From Eledone cirrhosa (taxonomy: Eukaryota), in contig OZ024740.1 of assembly GCA_964016885.1 (NCBI GenBank), positions 24,056,001 to 24,120,000 of the forward strand: DNA of 64,000 bases, given 5' to 3'. Positions 12,894 through 26,800 of the stretch are shown piece by piece. Numbering within the stretch: position 1 is the stretch's first letter; each line of letters begins with the position of its first letter. The translations under genes were made by a program, and so were the position numbers. The notes below the pieces were generated by a model. That model had not been told where the DNA came from. It saw only the letters and a program-made list of their open reading frames with translations, and searched no databases.

Positions 12894-15447
12894 ATGCGGT
12901 GGTTGTCACTGTTCATGTTACTTTTATGGTTGTTGTTGTTGTTGTTGTGGCGGTGGTTGTCACTGTTGATGTTCCTTTTATGGTTGTTGTTGTTGTTGTT
13001 GTGGCGGTGGTTGTCACTGTTGATGTTCCTTTTATGGTTGTTGTTGTTGTTGTTGTTGTGGTGGTTGCCACCGTTGATGTTCCTTTTATGGTTGTTGTTG
13101 TTGTTGTTGTGGCGGTGGTTGTCACTGTTGATGTTCCTTTTATGATTGTTGTTGTTGTTGTTGTGGCGGTGGTTGTCACTGTTGATGTTCCTTTTATGGT
13201 TGTTGTTGTTGTTGTTGTTGTGGTGGTTGTCACTGTTGATGTTCCTTTTATGGTTGTTGTTGTTGTTGTTGTGGCGGTGGTTGTCACTGTTGATGTTCCT
13301 GTTATGGTTGTTGTTGTTGTTGTTGTGGCGGTGGTTGTCACTGTTGATGTTCCTTTTATGGTTGTTGTTGTTGTTGTTGTTGTGGTGGTTGTCACTGTTG
13401 ATGTTCCTTTTATGGTTGTTGTTGTTGTTGTTGTGGCGGTGGTTGTCACTGTTGATGTTCCTTTTATGGTTGTTGTTGTTGTTGTTGTTGTGTCGGTGGT
13501 TGTCACTGTTGATGTTCCTTTTATGGTTGTTGTTGTTGTTGTTGTTGTGGGGGTGGTTGGCACTGTTGATGTTCCTTTTATGGTTGTTGTTGTTGTTGTT
13601 GTGGTGGTTGCCACTGTTGATGTTCCTTTTATGGTTGTTGTTGTTGTTGTTGTGGCGGTGGTTGTCACTGTTGATGTTCCTTTAATGGTTGTTGTTGTTG
13701 TTGTTGTGGCGGTGGTTGTCACTGTTGATGTTCCTTTTATGGTTGTTGTTGTTGTTGTGGTGGTGGTTGTCACTGTTGATGTTCCTTTTATGGTTGTTGT
13801 TGTTGTTGTTGTGGTGGTTGCCACTGTTGATGTTCCTTTTATGGTTGTTGTTGTTGTTGTTGTGGCGGTGGTTGTCACTGTTGATGTTCCTTTAATGGTT
13901 GTTGTTGTTGTTGTTGTGGCGGTGGTTGTCACTGTTGATGTTCCTTTAATGGTTGTTGTTGTTGTTGTTGTGGCGGTGGTTGTCACTGTTGATGTTCCTT
14001 TTATGGTTGTTGTTGTTGTTGTTGTGGCGGTGGTTGTCACTGTTGATGTTCCTTTTATGGTTTTTGTTGTTGTTGTTGTGGTGGTGGTTGCCACTGTTGA
14101 TGTTCCTTTTATGGTTGTTGTTGTTGTTGTTGTGGCGGTGGTTGCCACTGTTGATGTTCCTTTTATGGTTGTTGTTGTTGTTGTTGTGGCGGTGGTTGCC
14201 ACTGTTGATGTTCCTTTTATGGTTGTTGTTGTTGTTGTTGTTGTGGCGGTGGTTGTCACTGTTGATGTTCCTTTTATGGTTGTTGTTGTTGTTGTTGTTG
14301 TGGCGGTGGTTGCCACTGTTGATGTTCCTTTTATGGTTGTTATTGTTGTTGTTGTGGCGGTGGTTCCCACTATTGATGTTCCTTTTATGGTTGCTGTTGT
14401 TGTTGTTGTGGAGGTGGTTGCCACTGTTGATGTTCCTTTTATGGTTGTTGTTGTTGTTGTTGTGGCGGTGGTTGCCACTGTTGATGTTCCTTTTATGGTT
14501 GTTGTTGTTGTTGTTGTTGTGGCGGTGGTTGTCACTGTTGATGTTCCTTTTATGGTTGTTGTTGTTGTTGTTGTTGAGGCGGTGCTTGCCACTATTGATG
14601 TTCCTTTTATGGTTGTTGTTGTTGTTGTTGTTGTGGCGGTGGTTGCCACTGTTGATGTTCCTTTTATGGCTGTTGTTGTTGTTGTTGTGGCGGTGGTTGT
14701 CACTATTGATGTTCCTTTTATGGTTGTTGTTGTTGTTGTTGTTGAGGCGTTGCTTGCCACTATTGATGTTCCTTTTATGGTTGTTGTTGTTGTTGTTGTG
14801 GCGGTGGTTGCCACTGTTGCTGTTTCTTTTATGGTTGGTGTTGTTGTTGTTGTGGCGGTGGTTGCCACTGTTGATGTTCCTTTTATGGTTGTTGTTGTTG
14901 TTGTTGTGGCGGTGGTTGCCACTGTTGATGTTCCTTTTATGGTTGTTGTTGTTGTTGTGGCGGTGGTTGCCACTGTTGATGTTCCTTTTATGGTTGTTGT
15001 TGTTGTTGTTGTGGCGGTGGTTGCCACTGTTGATGTTCCTTTTATGGTTGTTGTTGTTGTTGTTGTGGCGGTGGTTGCCACTGTTGATGTTCCTTTTATG
15101 GTTGTTGTTGTTGTTGTTGTGGCGGTGGTTGCCACTGTTGATGTTCCTTTTATGGTTGTTGTTGTTGTTGTTGTTGTGGCGGTGGTTGCCACTGTAGATG
15201 TTCCTTTTATGGTTGTTGTTGTTGATGTTGTGGCGGTGGGCGTCTCTGTTGATGTTCCTTTTATGGTTGTTGTTGTTGTTGTTGTTGTGGTGTTTGCCAC
15301 TGTTGATGTTCCTTTTATGGTTGTTGTTGTTGTTGTTGTGGCGGTGGTTGTCACTGTTGATGTTCCTTTTATGGTTGTTGTTGTTGTTGTTGTGGCGGTG
15401 GTTGTCACTGTTGATGTTCCTTTTATGGTTGTTGTTGTTGTTGTTGT
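12894..15447. repeat. HOR1 full 2554-bp copy, near-identical to 8280-10833 (offset 4614)
   Basis: ORF-track entries recur at +4614 with equal lengths (959 aa at 8030 and 12644; 505 aa at 9332 and 13946). One visible difference is cat at ~8408 versus gat at ~13022. Confidence 0.93.
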
Positions 15448-18300
15448 ATGCGGTGGTTGTCACTGTTCATGTTACTTTTATGGTTGTTGTTGTTGTTGTT
15501 GTGGCGGTGGTTGTCACTGTTGATGTTCCTTTTATGGTTGTTGTTGTTGTTGTTGTGGCGGTGGTTGTCACTGTTCATGTTCCTTTTATGGTTGTTGTTG
15601 TTGTTGTTGTTGTGGTGGTTGCCACCGTTGATGTTCCTTTTATGGTTGTTGTTGTTGTTGTTGTGGCGGTGGTTGTCACTGTTGATGTTCCTTTTATGAT
15701 TGTTGTTGTTGTTGTTGTGGCGGTGGTTGTCACTGTTGATGTTCCTTTTATGGTTGTTGTTGTTGTTGTTGTTGTGGTGGTTGTCACTGTTGATGTTCCT
15801 TTTATGGTTGTTGTTGTTGTTGTTGTGGCGGTGGTTGTCACTGTTGATGTTCCTTTTATGGTTGTTGTTGTTGTTGTTGTTGTGGCGGTGGTTGTCACTG
15901 TTGATGTTCCTTTTATGGTTGTTGTTGTTGTTGTTGTTGTGGGGGTGGTTGGCACTGTTGATGTTCCTTTTATGGTTGTTGTTGTTGTTGTTGTGGTGGT
16001 TGCCACTGTTGATGTTCCTTTTATGGTTGTTGTTGTTGTTGTTGTGGCGGTGGTTGTCACTGTTGATGTTCCTTTAATGGTTGTTGTTGTTGTTGTTGTG
16101 GCGGTGGTTGTCACTGTTGATGTTCCTTTTATGGTTGTTGTTGTTGTTGTTGTGGTGGTGGTGGTTGCCACTGTTGATGTTCCTTTTATGGTTGTTGTTG
16201 TTGTTGTTGTGGCGGTGGTTGTCACTGTTGATGTTCCTTTAATGGTTGTTGTTGTTGTTGTTGTGGCGGTGGTTGTCACTGTTGATGTTCCTTTAATGGT
16301 TGTTGTTGTTGTTGTTGTGGCGGTGGTTGTCACTGTTGATGTTCCTTTTATGGTTGTTGTTGTTGTTGTTGTGGCGATTGTTGTCACTGTTGATGTTCCT
16401 TTTATGGTTTTTGTTGTTGTTGTTGTGGTGGTGGTTGCCACTGTTGATGTTCCTTTTATGGTTGTTGTTGTTGTTGTTGTGGCGGTGGTTGCCACTGTTG
16501 ATGTTCCTTTTATGGTTGTTGTTGTTGTTGTTGTTGTTGTGGCGGTGGTTGCCACTGTTGATGTTCCTTTTATGGTTGTTGTTGTTGTTGTTGTTGTGGC
16601 GGTGGTTGTCACTGTTGATGTTCCTTTTATGGTTGTTGTTGTTGTTGTTGTTGTGGCGGTGGTTGCCACTGTTGATGTTCCTTTTATGTTTGTTATTGTT
16701 GTTTTTGTGGCGGTGGTTCCCACTATTGATGTTCCTTTTATGGTTGCTGTTGTTGTTGTTGTGGAGGTGGTTGCCACTGTTGATGTTCCTTTTATGGTTG
16801 TTGTTGTTGTTGTTGTGGCGGTGGTTGCCACTGTTGATGTTCCTTTTATGGTTGTTGTTGTTGTTGTTGTTGTGGCGGTGGTTGTCACTGTTGATGTTCC
16901 TTTTATGGTTGTTGTTGTTGTTGTTGTTGAGGCGGTGCTTGCCACTATTGATGTTCCTTTTATGGTTGTTGTTGTTGTTGTTGTGGCGGTGGTTGCCACT
17001 GTTGATGTTCCTTTTATGGCTGTTGTTGTTGTTGTTGTGGCGGTGGTTGTCACTATTGATGTTCCTTTTATGGTTGTTGTTGTTGTTGTTGTTGAGGCGG
17101 TGCTTGCCACTATTGATGTTCCTTTTATGGTTGTTGTTGTTGTTGTTGTGGCGGTGGTTGCCACTGTTGCTGTTTCTTTTATGGTTGGTGTTGTTGTTGT
17201 TGTGGCGGTGGTTGCCACTGTTGATGTTCCTTTTATGGTTGTTGTTGTTGTTGTGGCGGTGGTTGCCACTGTTGATGTTCCTTTTATGGTTGTTGTTGTT
17301 GTTGTTGTGGCGGTGGTTGCCACTGTTGATGTTCCTTTTATGGTTGTTGTTGTTGTTGTTGTGGCGGTGGTTGCCACTGTTGATGTTCCTTTTATGGTTG
17401 TTGTTGTTGTTGTTGTGGCGGTGGTTGCCACTGTTGATGTTCCTTTTATGGTTGTTGTTGTTGTTGTTGTGGCGGTGGTTGCCACTGTAGATGTTCCTTT
17501 TATGGTTGTTGTTGTTGATGTTGTGGCGGTGGGCGTCTCTGTTGATGTTCCTTTTATGGTTGTTGTTGTTGTTGTTGTTGTTGTGGTGTTTGCCACTGTT
17601 GATGTTCCTTTTATGGTTGTTGTTGTTGTTGTGGCGCTGGTTGTCACTGTTGATGTTCCTTTTATGGTTGTTGTTGTTGTTGTTGTGGCGGTGGTTGTCA
17701 CTGTTGATGTTCCTTTTATGGTTGTTGTTGTTGTTGTTGTGGCGGTGGTTGTCACTGTTCATGTTACTTTTATGGTTGTTGTTGTTGTTGTTGTGGCGGT
17801 GGTTGTCACTGTTGATGTTCCTTTTATGGTTGTTGTTTTTGTTGTTGTGGCGGTGGTTGTCACTGTTCATGTTCCTTTTATGGTTGTTGTTGTTGTTGTT
17901 GTTGTGGTGGTTGCCACTGTTGATGTTCCTTTTATGGTTGTTGTTGTTGTTGTTGTGGCGGTGGTTGTCACTGTTGATGTTCCTTTTATGGTTGTTGTTG
18001 TTGTTGTTGTGGCGGTGGTTGTCACTGTTGATGTTCCTTTTATGGTTGTTGTTGTTGTTGTTGTTGTGGTGGTTGTCACTGTTGATGTTCCTTTTATGGT
18101 TGTTGTTGTTGTTGTTGTGGCGGTGGTTGTCACTGTTGATGTTCCTTTTATGGTTGTTGTTGTTGTTGTTGTTGTGGCGGTGGTTGTCACTGTTGATGTT
18201 CCTTTTATGGTTGTTGTTGTTGTTGTTGTTGTGGCGGTGGTTGGCACTGTTGATGTTCCTTTTATGGTTGTTGTTGTTGTTGTTGTGGTGGTTGCCACTG
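15448..18300. repeat. Right-flanking HOR1 copy (~2.3 kb) plus a partial copy
   Basis: Markers gctgtttctttt at 17169 and gttcatgttact at 17757 (no frameshift before it). Confidence 0.75.
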
Positions 18301-20899
18301 TTGATGTTCCTTTTATGGTTGTTGTTGTTGTTGTTGTGGCGGTGGTTGTCACTGTTGATGTTCCTTTTATGGTTGTTGTTGTTGTTGTGGCGGTGGTTGT
18401 CACTGTTGATTTTCCTTTTATGGTTGTTGTTGTTGTTGTTGTTGTGGCGGTGGTTGTCACTGTTGATGTTCCTTTTATGGTTGTTGTTGTTGTTGTTGTG
18501 GCGGTGGTTGTCACTGTTGATGTTCCTTTTATGGTTGTTGTTGTTGTTGTTGTTGTGGCGGTGGTTGCCACTGTTGATGTTCCTTTTATGGTTGTTGTTG
18601 TTGTTGTTGTTGTGGCGGTGGTTGTCACTGTTCATGTTCCTTTTATGGTTGTTGTTGTTGTTGTTGTGGCGGTGGTTGTCACTGTTGATGTTCCTTTTAT
18701 GGTTGTTGTTGTTGTTGTTGTTGTGGTGGTTGCCACTGTTGATGTTCCTTTTATGGTTGTTGTTGTTGTTGTGGTGGTGGTGGTTGTCACTGTTGATGTT
18801 CCTTTTATGGTTGTTGTTGTTGTTGTTGTGGCGGTGGTTGTCACTGTTGATGTTCCTTTTATGGTTGTTGTTGTTGTTGTTGTTGTGACGGTGGTTGTCA
18901 CTGTTGATGTTCCTTTTATGGTTGTTGTTGTTGTTGTTGTTGTGGCGGTGGTTGCCACTGTTGATGTTCCTTTTATGGTTGTTGTTGTTGTTGTTGTGGC
19001 GGTGGTTGTCACTGTTCATGTTCCTTTTATGGTTGTTGTTGTTGTTGTTGTGGCGGTGGTTGTCACTGTTCATGTTCCTTTTATGGTTGTTGTTGTTGTG
19101 GCGGTGGTTGTCACTGTTCATGTCCTTTTATGGTTGTTGTTGTTGTTGTTGTGGCGGTGGTTGTCACTGTTCATGTTCCTTTTATGGTTGTTGTTGTTGT
19201 TGTTGTGGCGGTGGTTGTCACTGTTCATGTTCCTTTTATGGTTGTTGTTGTTGTTGTTGTGGCGGTGGTTGTCACTGTTGATGTTCCTTTTATGGTGGTT
19301 GTTGTTGTTGTTGTGGCGGTGGTTGTCACTGTTGATGTTCCTTTTATGGTTGTTGTTGTTGTTGTTGTGGCGGTGGTTGTCACTGTTCATGTTCCTTTTA
19401 TGGTTGTTGTTGTTGTTGTTGTGGCGGTGGTTGTCACTGTTCTTGTTCCTTTTATGGTTGTTGTTGTTGTTGTTGTGGCGGTGGTTGTCACTGTTCATGT
19501 TCCTTTTATGGTTGTTGTTGTTGTTGTTGTGGCGGTGGTTGTCACTGTTGATGTTCCTTTTATGGTTGTTGTTGTTGTTGTTGTGGCGGTGGTTGTCACT
19601 GTTCATGTTCCTTTTATGGTTGTTGTTGTTGTTGTTGTGGCGGTGGTTGTCACTGTTCATGTTCCTTTTATGGTTGTTGTTGTTGTTGTTGTGGCGGTGG
19701 TTGTCACTGTTCATGTTCCTTTTATGGTTGTTGTTGTTGTTGTTGTGGCGGTGATTGTCACTGTTCATGTTCCTTTTATGGTTGTTGTTGTTGTTGTTGT
19801 GGCGGTGGTTGTCACTGTTCATGTTCCTTTTATGGTTGTTGTTGTTGTTGTTGTTGTGGTGGTTGCCACTGTTGATGTTCCTTTTATGGTTGTTGTTGTT
19901 GTTGTTGTGGCGGTGGTTGTCACTGTTGATGTTCCTTTTATGGTTGTTGTTGTTGTTGTTGTTGTGGCGGTGGTTGTCACTGTTCATGTTACTTTTATGG
20001 TTGTTGTTGTTGTTGTTGTGGCGGTGGTTGCCACTATTGATGTTCCTTTTATGGTTGTTGTTGTTGTTGTTGTGGCGGTGGTTGTCACTGTTCATGTTCC
20101 TTTTATGGTTGTTGTTGTTGTTGTTGTTGTGGTGGTTGCCACTGTTGATGTTCCTTTTATGGTTGTTGTTGTTGTTGTTGTGGCGGTGGTTGTCACTGTT
20201 CATGTTCCTTTTATGGTTGTTGTTGTTGTTGTTGTGGCGGTGGTTGTCACTGTTCATGTTCCTTTTATGGTTGTTGTTGTTGTTGTTGTGGCGGTGGTTG
20301 TCACTGTTCATGTTCCTTTTATGGTTGTTGTTGTTGTTGTTGTGGCGGTGATTGTCACTGTTCATGTTCCTTTTATGGTTGTAGTTGTTGTTGTTGTGGC
20401 GGTGATTGTCACTGTTCATGTTCCTTTTATGGTTGTTGTTGTTGTTGTTGTGGCGGTGATTGTCACTGTTCATGTTCCTTTTATGGTTGTTGTTGTTGTT
20501 GTTGTGGCGGTGGTTGTCACTGTTCATGTTCCTTTTATGGTTGTTGTTGTTGTTGTTGTTGTGGTGGTTGCCACTGTTGATGTTCCTTTTATGGTTGTTG
20601 TTGTTGTTGTTGTGGCGGTGGTTGTCACTGTTCATGTTCCTTTTATGGTTGTTGTTGTTGTTGTGGCGGTGGTTGTCACTGTTTATGTTCCTTTTATGGT
20701 TGTTGTTGTTGTTGTTGTGGCGGTGGTTGTCACTGTTCATGTTCCTTTTATGGTTGTTGTTGTTGTTGTTGTGGCGGTGGTTGTCACTGTTCATGTTCCT
20801 TTTATGGTTGTTGTTGTTGTTGTTGTGGGGGTGGGTGTCACTGTTGATGTTCCTTTTATGGTTGTTGTTGTTGTTGTGGTAGTTGCCACTGTTGATGTA

Positions 20900-23800
20900 C
20901 CTTTTATGGTTGTTGTTGTTGTTGTTGTGGCGGTGGTTGTCACTGTTGATGTTCCTTTTATGGTTGTTGTTGTTGTTGTTGTGGTGGTGGTTGCCACCGT
21001 TGATGTTCCTTTTATGGTTGTTGTTGTTGTTGTTGTGGCGGTGGTTGTCACTGTTCATGTTCCTTTTATGGTTGTTGTTGTTGTTGTTGTGGTGGTGGTT
21101 GCCACTGTTGATGTTCCTTTTATGGTTGTTGTTGTTGTTGTTGTGGCGGTGGTTGTCACTGTTCATATTCCTTTTATGGTTGTTGTTGTTGTTGTTGTGG
21201 CGGTGGTTGTCACTGTTCATGTTCCTTTTATGGTTGTTGTTGTTGTTGTTGTGGCGGTGGTTGTCACTGTTCATGTTCCTTTTATGGTTGTTGTTGTTGT
21301 TGTTGTGGCGGTGATTGTCACTGTTCTTGTTCCTTTTATGGTTGTTGTTGTTGTTGTTGTGGCGGTGGTTGTCACTGTTCATGTTCCTTTTATGGTTGTT
21401 GTTGTTGTTGTTGTTGTGGTGGTTGCCACTGTTGATGTTCCTTTTATGGTTGTTGTTGTTGTTGTTGTGGCGGTGGTTGTCACTGTTCATGTTCCTTTTA
21501 TGGTTGTTGTTGTTGTTGTTGTGGCGGTGGTTGTCACTGTTCTTGTTCCTTTTATGGTTGTTGTTGTTGTTGTTGTGGCGGTGGTTGTCACTGTTCATGT
21601 TCCTTTTATGGTTGTTGTTGTTGTTGTTGTGGCGGTGATTGTCACTGTTCTTGTTCCTTTTATGGTTGTTGTTGTTGTTGTTGTGGCGGTGGTTGCCACT
21701 GTTCATGTTCCTTTTATGGTTGTTGTTGTTGTTGTTGTGGCGGTGATTGTCACTGTTCATGTTCCTTTTATGGTTGTTGTTGTTGTTGTTGTGGCGGTGG
21801 TTGTCACTGTTCATGTTCCTTTTATGGTTGTTGTTGTTGTTGTTGTTGTTGTGGTGGTTGCCACTGTTGATGTTCCTTTTATGGTTGTTGTTGTTGTTGT
21901 TGTGGCGGTGGTTGTCACTGTTCATGTTCCTTTTATGGTTGTTGTTGTTGTTGTGGCGGTGGTTGTCACTGTTTATGTTCCTTTTATGGTTGTTGTTGTT
22001 GTTGTGGCGGTGGTTGTCACTGTTCATGTTCCTTTTATGGTTGTTGTTGTTGTTGTTGTGGCGGTGGTTGTCACTGTTCATGTTCCTTTTATGGTTGTTG
22101 TTGTTGTTGTTGTTGTTGCGGTGGGTGTCACTGTTGATGTTCCTTTTATGGTTGTTGTTGTTGTTGTGGTAGTTGCCACTGTTGATGTACCTTTTATGGT
22201 TGTTGTTGTTGTTGTGGCGGTGGTTGTCACTGTTCATGTTCCTTTTATGGTTGTTGTTGTTTTTGTGGCGGTGGTTGCCACTGTTGATGTTCCTTTTATG
22301 GTTGTTGTTGTTGTTGTTGTGGCGGTGGTTGTCACTGTTGATGTTCCTTTTATGGTTGTTGTTGTTGTTGTGGCGGCGGTTGCCACTGTTGATGTTCCTC
22401 TTATGGTTGTTGTTGTTGTTGTTGTGGCGGTGGTTGTCACTGTTGATGTTCCTTTTATGGTTGTTGTTGTTGTTGTTGTGGCGGTGGGTGTCTCTGTTGA
22501 TGTTCCTTTTATGGTTGTTGTTGTTGTTGTTGTGGCGGTGGTTGTCACTGTTGATGTTCCTTTTATGGTTGTTGTTGTTGTTGTTGTGGCGGTGGTTGTC
22601 ACTGTTGATGTTCCTTTTATGGTTGTTGTTGTTGTTGTGGCGGTGGTTGTCACTGTTGGTGTTCCTTTTATAGTTGTTGTTGTTGTTGTTGTGGCGGTGG
22701 TTGTCACTGTTGATGTTCCTTTTATGGTTGTTGTTGTTGTTGTTGTGGCGGTGGGTGTCTATGTTGATGTTCCTTTTATGGTTGTTGTTGTTGTTGTTGT
22801 GGCGGTGGTTGTCACTGTTGATGTTCCTTTTATGGTTGTTGTTGTTGTTGTTGTGGCGGTGGTTGTCACTGTTGATGTTCCTTTTATGGTTGTTGTTGTT
22901 GTTGTTGTGGCGGTGGTTGTCACTGTTGATGTTCCTTTTATGGTTGTTGTTGTTGTTGTTGTGGCGGTGGGTGTCTCTGTTGATGTTCCTTTTATGGTTG
23001 TTGTTGTTGTTGTTGTGGCGGTGGTTGTCACTGTTGATGTTCCTTTTATGGTTGTTGTTGTTGTTGTTGTGGCGGTGGTTGTCACTGTTGATGTTCCTTT
23101 TATGGTTGTTGTTGTTGTTGTTGTGGCGGTGGTTGCCACTGTTGATGTTCCTTTTATGGTTGTTGTTGTTGTTGTGGCGGCGGTTGCCACTGTTGATGTT
23201 CCTCTTATGGTTGTTGTTGTTGTTGTTGTGGCGGTGGTTGTCACTGTTGATGTTCCTTTTATGGTTGTTGTTGTTGTTGTTGTTGTGGCGGTGGTTGCCA
23301 CTGTTGATGTTCCTTTTATGGTTGTTGTTGTTGTTGTTGTGGCGGTGGTTGCCACTGTTGATGTTCCTTTTATGGTTGTTGTTGTTGTTGTTGTTGTGGC
23401 GGCGGTTGCCACTGTTGATGTTCCTCTTATGGTTGTTGTTGTTGTTGTTGTGGCGGTGGTTGTCACTGTTGATGTTCCTTTTATGGTTGTTGTTGTTGTT
23501 GTTGTTGTGGCGGTGGTTGCCACTGTTGATGTTCCTTTTATGGTTGTTGTCGTTGTTGTTGTGGCGGTGGTTGCCACTGTTGATGTTCCTTTTATGGTTG
23601 TTGTTGTTGTTGTTGTTGTGGCGGCGGTTGCCACTGTTGATGTTCCTCTTATGGTTGTTGTTGTTGTTGTTGTTGTGGCGGTGGTTGTCACTGTTGATGT
23701 TCCTTTTATGGTTGTTGTTGTTGTTGTTGTGGCGGTGGTTGCCACTATTGATGTTCCTTTTATGGTTGATGTTGTTGTTGTTGTTGTGGCGGCGGTTGCC

Positions 23801-26800
23801 ACTGTTGATGTTCCTCTTATGGTTGTTGTTGTTGTTGTTGTTGTGGCGGTGGTTGTCACTGTTGATGTTCCTTTTATGGTTGTTGTTGTTGTTGTTGTGG
23901 CGGTGGTTGCCACTATTGATGTTCCTTTTATGGCTGTTGTTGTTGTTGTTGTTGTGGCGGCGGTTGCCACTGTTGATGTTCCTCTTATGGTTGTTGTTGT
24001 TGTTGTTGTTGTGGCGGTGGTTGTCACTGTTGATGTTCCTTTTATGGTTGTTGTTGTTGTTGTTGTGGCGGTGGTTGCCACTATTGATGTTCCTTTTATG
24101 GTTGTTGTTGTTGTTGTTGTTGTGGCGGCGGTTGCCACTGTTGATGTTCCTCTTATGGTTGTTGTTGTTGTTGTTGTTGTGGCGGCGGTTGCCACTGTTG
24201 ATGTTCCTCTTATGGTTGTTGTTGTTGTTGTTGTTGTTGTGGCGGTGGTTGTCACTGTTGATGTTCCTTTTATGGTTGTTGTTGTTGTTGTTGTTGTGGC
24301 GGCGGTTGCCACTGTTGATGTTCCTCTTATGGTTGTTGTTGTTGTTGTTGTTGTGGCGGTGGTTGTCACTGATGATGTTCCTTTTATGTTTGTTGTTGTT
24401 GTTGTTGTGGCGGTGGTTGCCACTGTTGATGTTCCTTTTATGGTTGTTGTTGTTTTTGTTGTTGTGGCGGTGGTTGTCACTGTTGATGTTCCTTTTATGG
24501 TTGTTGTTGTTGTTGTTGTGGCGGTGGTTGCCACTATTGATGTTCCTTTTATGGTTGTTGTTGTTGTTGTTGTTGTGGCGGTGGTTGTCACTGTTGATGT
24601 TCCTTTTATGGTTGTTGTTTTTGTTGTTGTGGCGGTGGTTGCCACTATTGATGTTCCTTTTATGGTTGTTGTTGTTGTTGTTGTTGTTGTGGCGGTGGTT
24701 GTCACTGTTGATGTTCCTTTTATGGTTGTTGTTGTTGTTGTTGTGGTGGTGGTGGTTGTCACTGTTGATGTTCCTTTTATGGTTGTTGTTGTTGTTGTTG
24801 TTGTTGTGGCGGTGGTTGCCACTGTTGATGTTCCTTTTATGGTTGTTGTTGTTGTTGTTGTGGCGGTGGTTGCCACTGTTGATGTTCCTTTTATGGTTGT
24901 TGTTGTTGTTGTTGTTGTGGCGGTGGTTGTCATTGTTGATGTTCCTTTTATGGTTGTTGTTGTTGTTGTGGTGGTGGTTGCCACTGTTGATGTTTCTTTT
25001 ATGGTTGTTGTTGTTGTTGTTGTGGCGGTGGTTGCCACTATTGATGTTCCTTTTATCGTTGTTGTTGTTGTTGTGGTGGTGGTGGTGGTTGTCACTGTTC
25101 TTGTTCCTTTTATGGTTGTTGTTGTTGTTGTTGTGGCGGTGGTTGCCACTGTTCATGTTCCTTTTATGGTTGTTGTTGTTGTTGTTGTGGCGGTCATTGT
25201 CACTGTTCATGTTCCTTTTATGGTTGTTGTTGTTGTTGTTGTGGCGGTGGTTGTCACTGTTCATGTTCCTTTTATGGTTGTTGTTGTTGTTGTTGTTGTT
25301 GTGGTGGTTGCCACTGTTGATGTTCCTTTTATGGTTGTTGTTGTTGTTGTTGTTGTGGCGGTGGTTGTCACTGTTCATGTTCCTTTTATGGTTGTTGTTG
25401 TTGTTGTGCCGGTGGTTGTCACTGTTTATGTTCCTTTTATGGTTGTTGTTGTTGTTGTTGTGGCGGTGGTTGTCACTGTTCATGTTCCTTTTATGGTTGT
25501 TGTTGTTGTTGTTGTGGCGGTGGTTGTCACTGTTCATGTTCCTTTTATGGTTGTTGTTGTTGTTGTTGTTGTTGCGGTGGGTGTCACTGTTGATGTTCCT
25601 TTTATGGTTGTTGTTGTTGTTGTGGTAGTTGCCACTGTTGATGTTCCTTTTATGGTTGTTGTTGTTGTTGTTGTTGTGGCGGTGGTTGTCACTGTTGATG
25701 TTCCTTTTATGGTTGTTGTTGTTGTTGTTGTGGTGGTGGTTGCCACCGTTGATGTTACTTTTATGGTTGTTGTTGTTGTTGTTGTGGCGGTGGTTGTTAC
25801 TGTTGATGTTCCTTTTATGGTTGTTGTTGTTGTTGTTGTGGCGGTGGGTGTCACTGTTGATGTTCCTTTTATGGTTGTTGTTGTTGTTGTGGTAGTTGCC
25901 ACTGTTGATGTTCCCTTTATGGTTGTTGTTGTTGTTGTTGTTGTGGCGGTGGTTGTCACTGTTGATGTTCCTTTTATGGTTGTTGTTGTTGTTGTGGCGG
26001 TGGTTGCCACTGTTGATGTTCCTTTTATGGTTGTTGTTTTTGTTGTTGTGGCGGTGGTTGTCACTGTTGATGTTCCTTTTATGGTTGTTGTTGTTGTTGT
26101 TGTGGCGGTGGTTGCCACTGTTGATGTTCCTTTTATGGTTGTTGTTGTTGTTGTTGTGGCGGTGGTTGCCACTGTTGATGTTCCTTTTATGGTTGTTGTT
26201 GTTGTTGTGGCGGCGGTTGCCACTGTTGATGTTCCTCTTATGGTTGTTGTTGTTGTTGTTGTGGCGGTGGTTGTCACTGTTGATGTTCCTTTTATGGTTG
26301 TTGTTGTTGTTGTTGTTGTGGCGGTGGTTGTCACTGTTGATGTTCCTTTTATGGTTGTTGTTGTTGTTGTTGTGGCGGTGGTTGTCACTGTTGATGTTCC
26401 TTTTATGGTTGTTGTTGTTGTTGTTGTTGTGGCGGTGGTTGCCACTGTTGATGTTCCTTTTATGGTTGTTGTTGTTGTTGTGGCGGCGGTTGCCACTGTT
26501 GATGTTCCTCTTATGGTTGTTGTTGTTGTTGTTGTGGCGGTGGTTGTCACTGTTGATGTTCCTTTTATGGTTGTTGTTGTTGTTGTTGTTGTGGCGGTGG
26601 TTGCCACTGTTGATGTTCCTTTTATGGTTGTTGTTGTTGTTGTTGTGGCGGTGGTTGCCACTGTTGATGTTCCTTTTATGGTTGTTGTTGTTGTTGTTGT
26701 GGCGGCGGTTGCCACTGTTGATGTTCCTCTTATGGTTGTTGTTGTTGTTGTTGTTGTGGCGGTGGTTGTCACTGTTGATGTTCCTTTTATGGTTGTTGTT

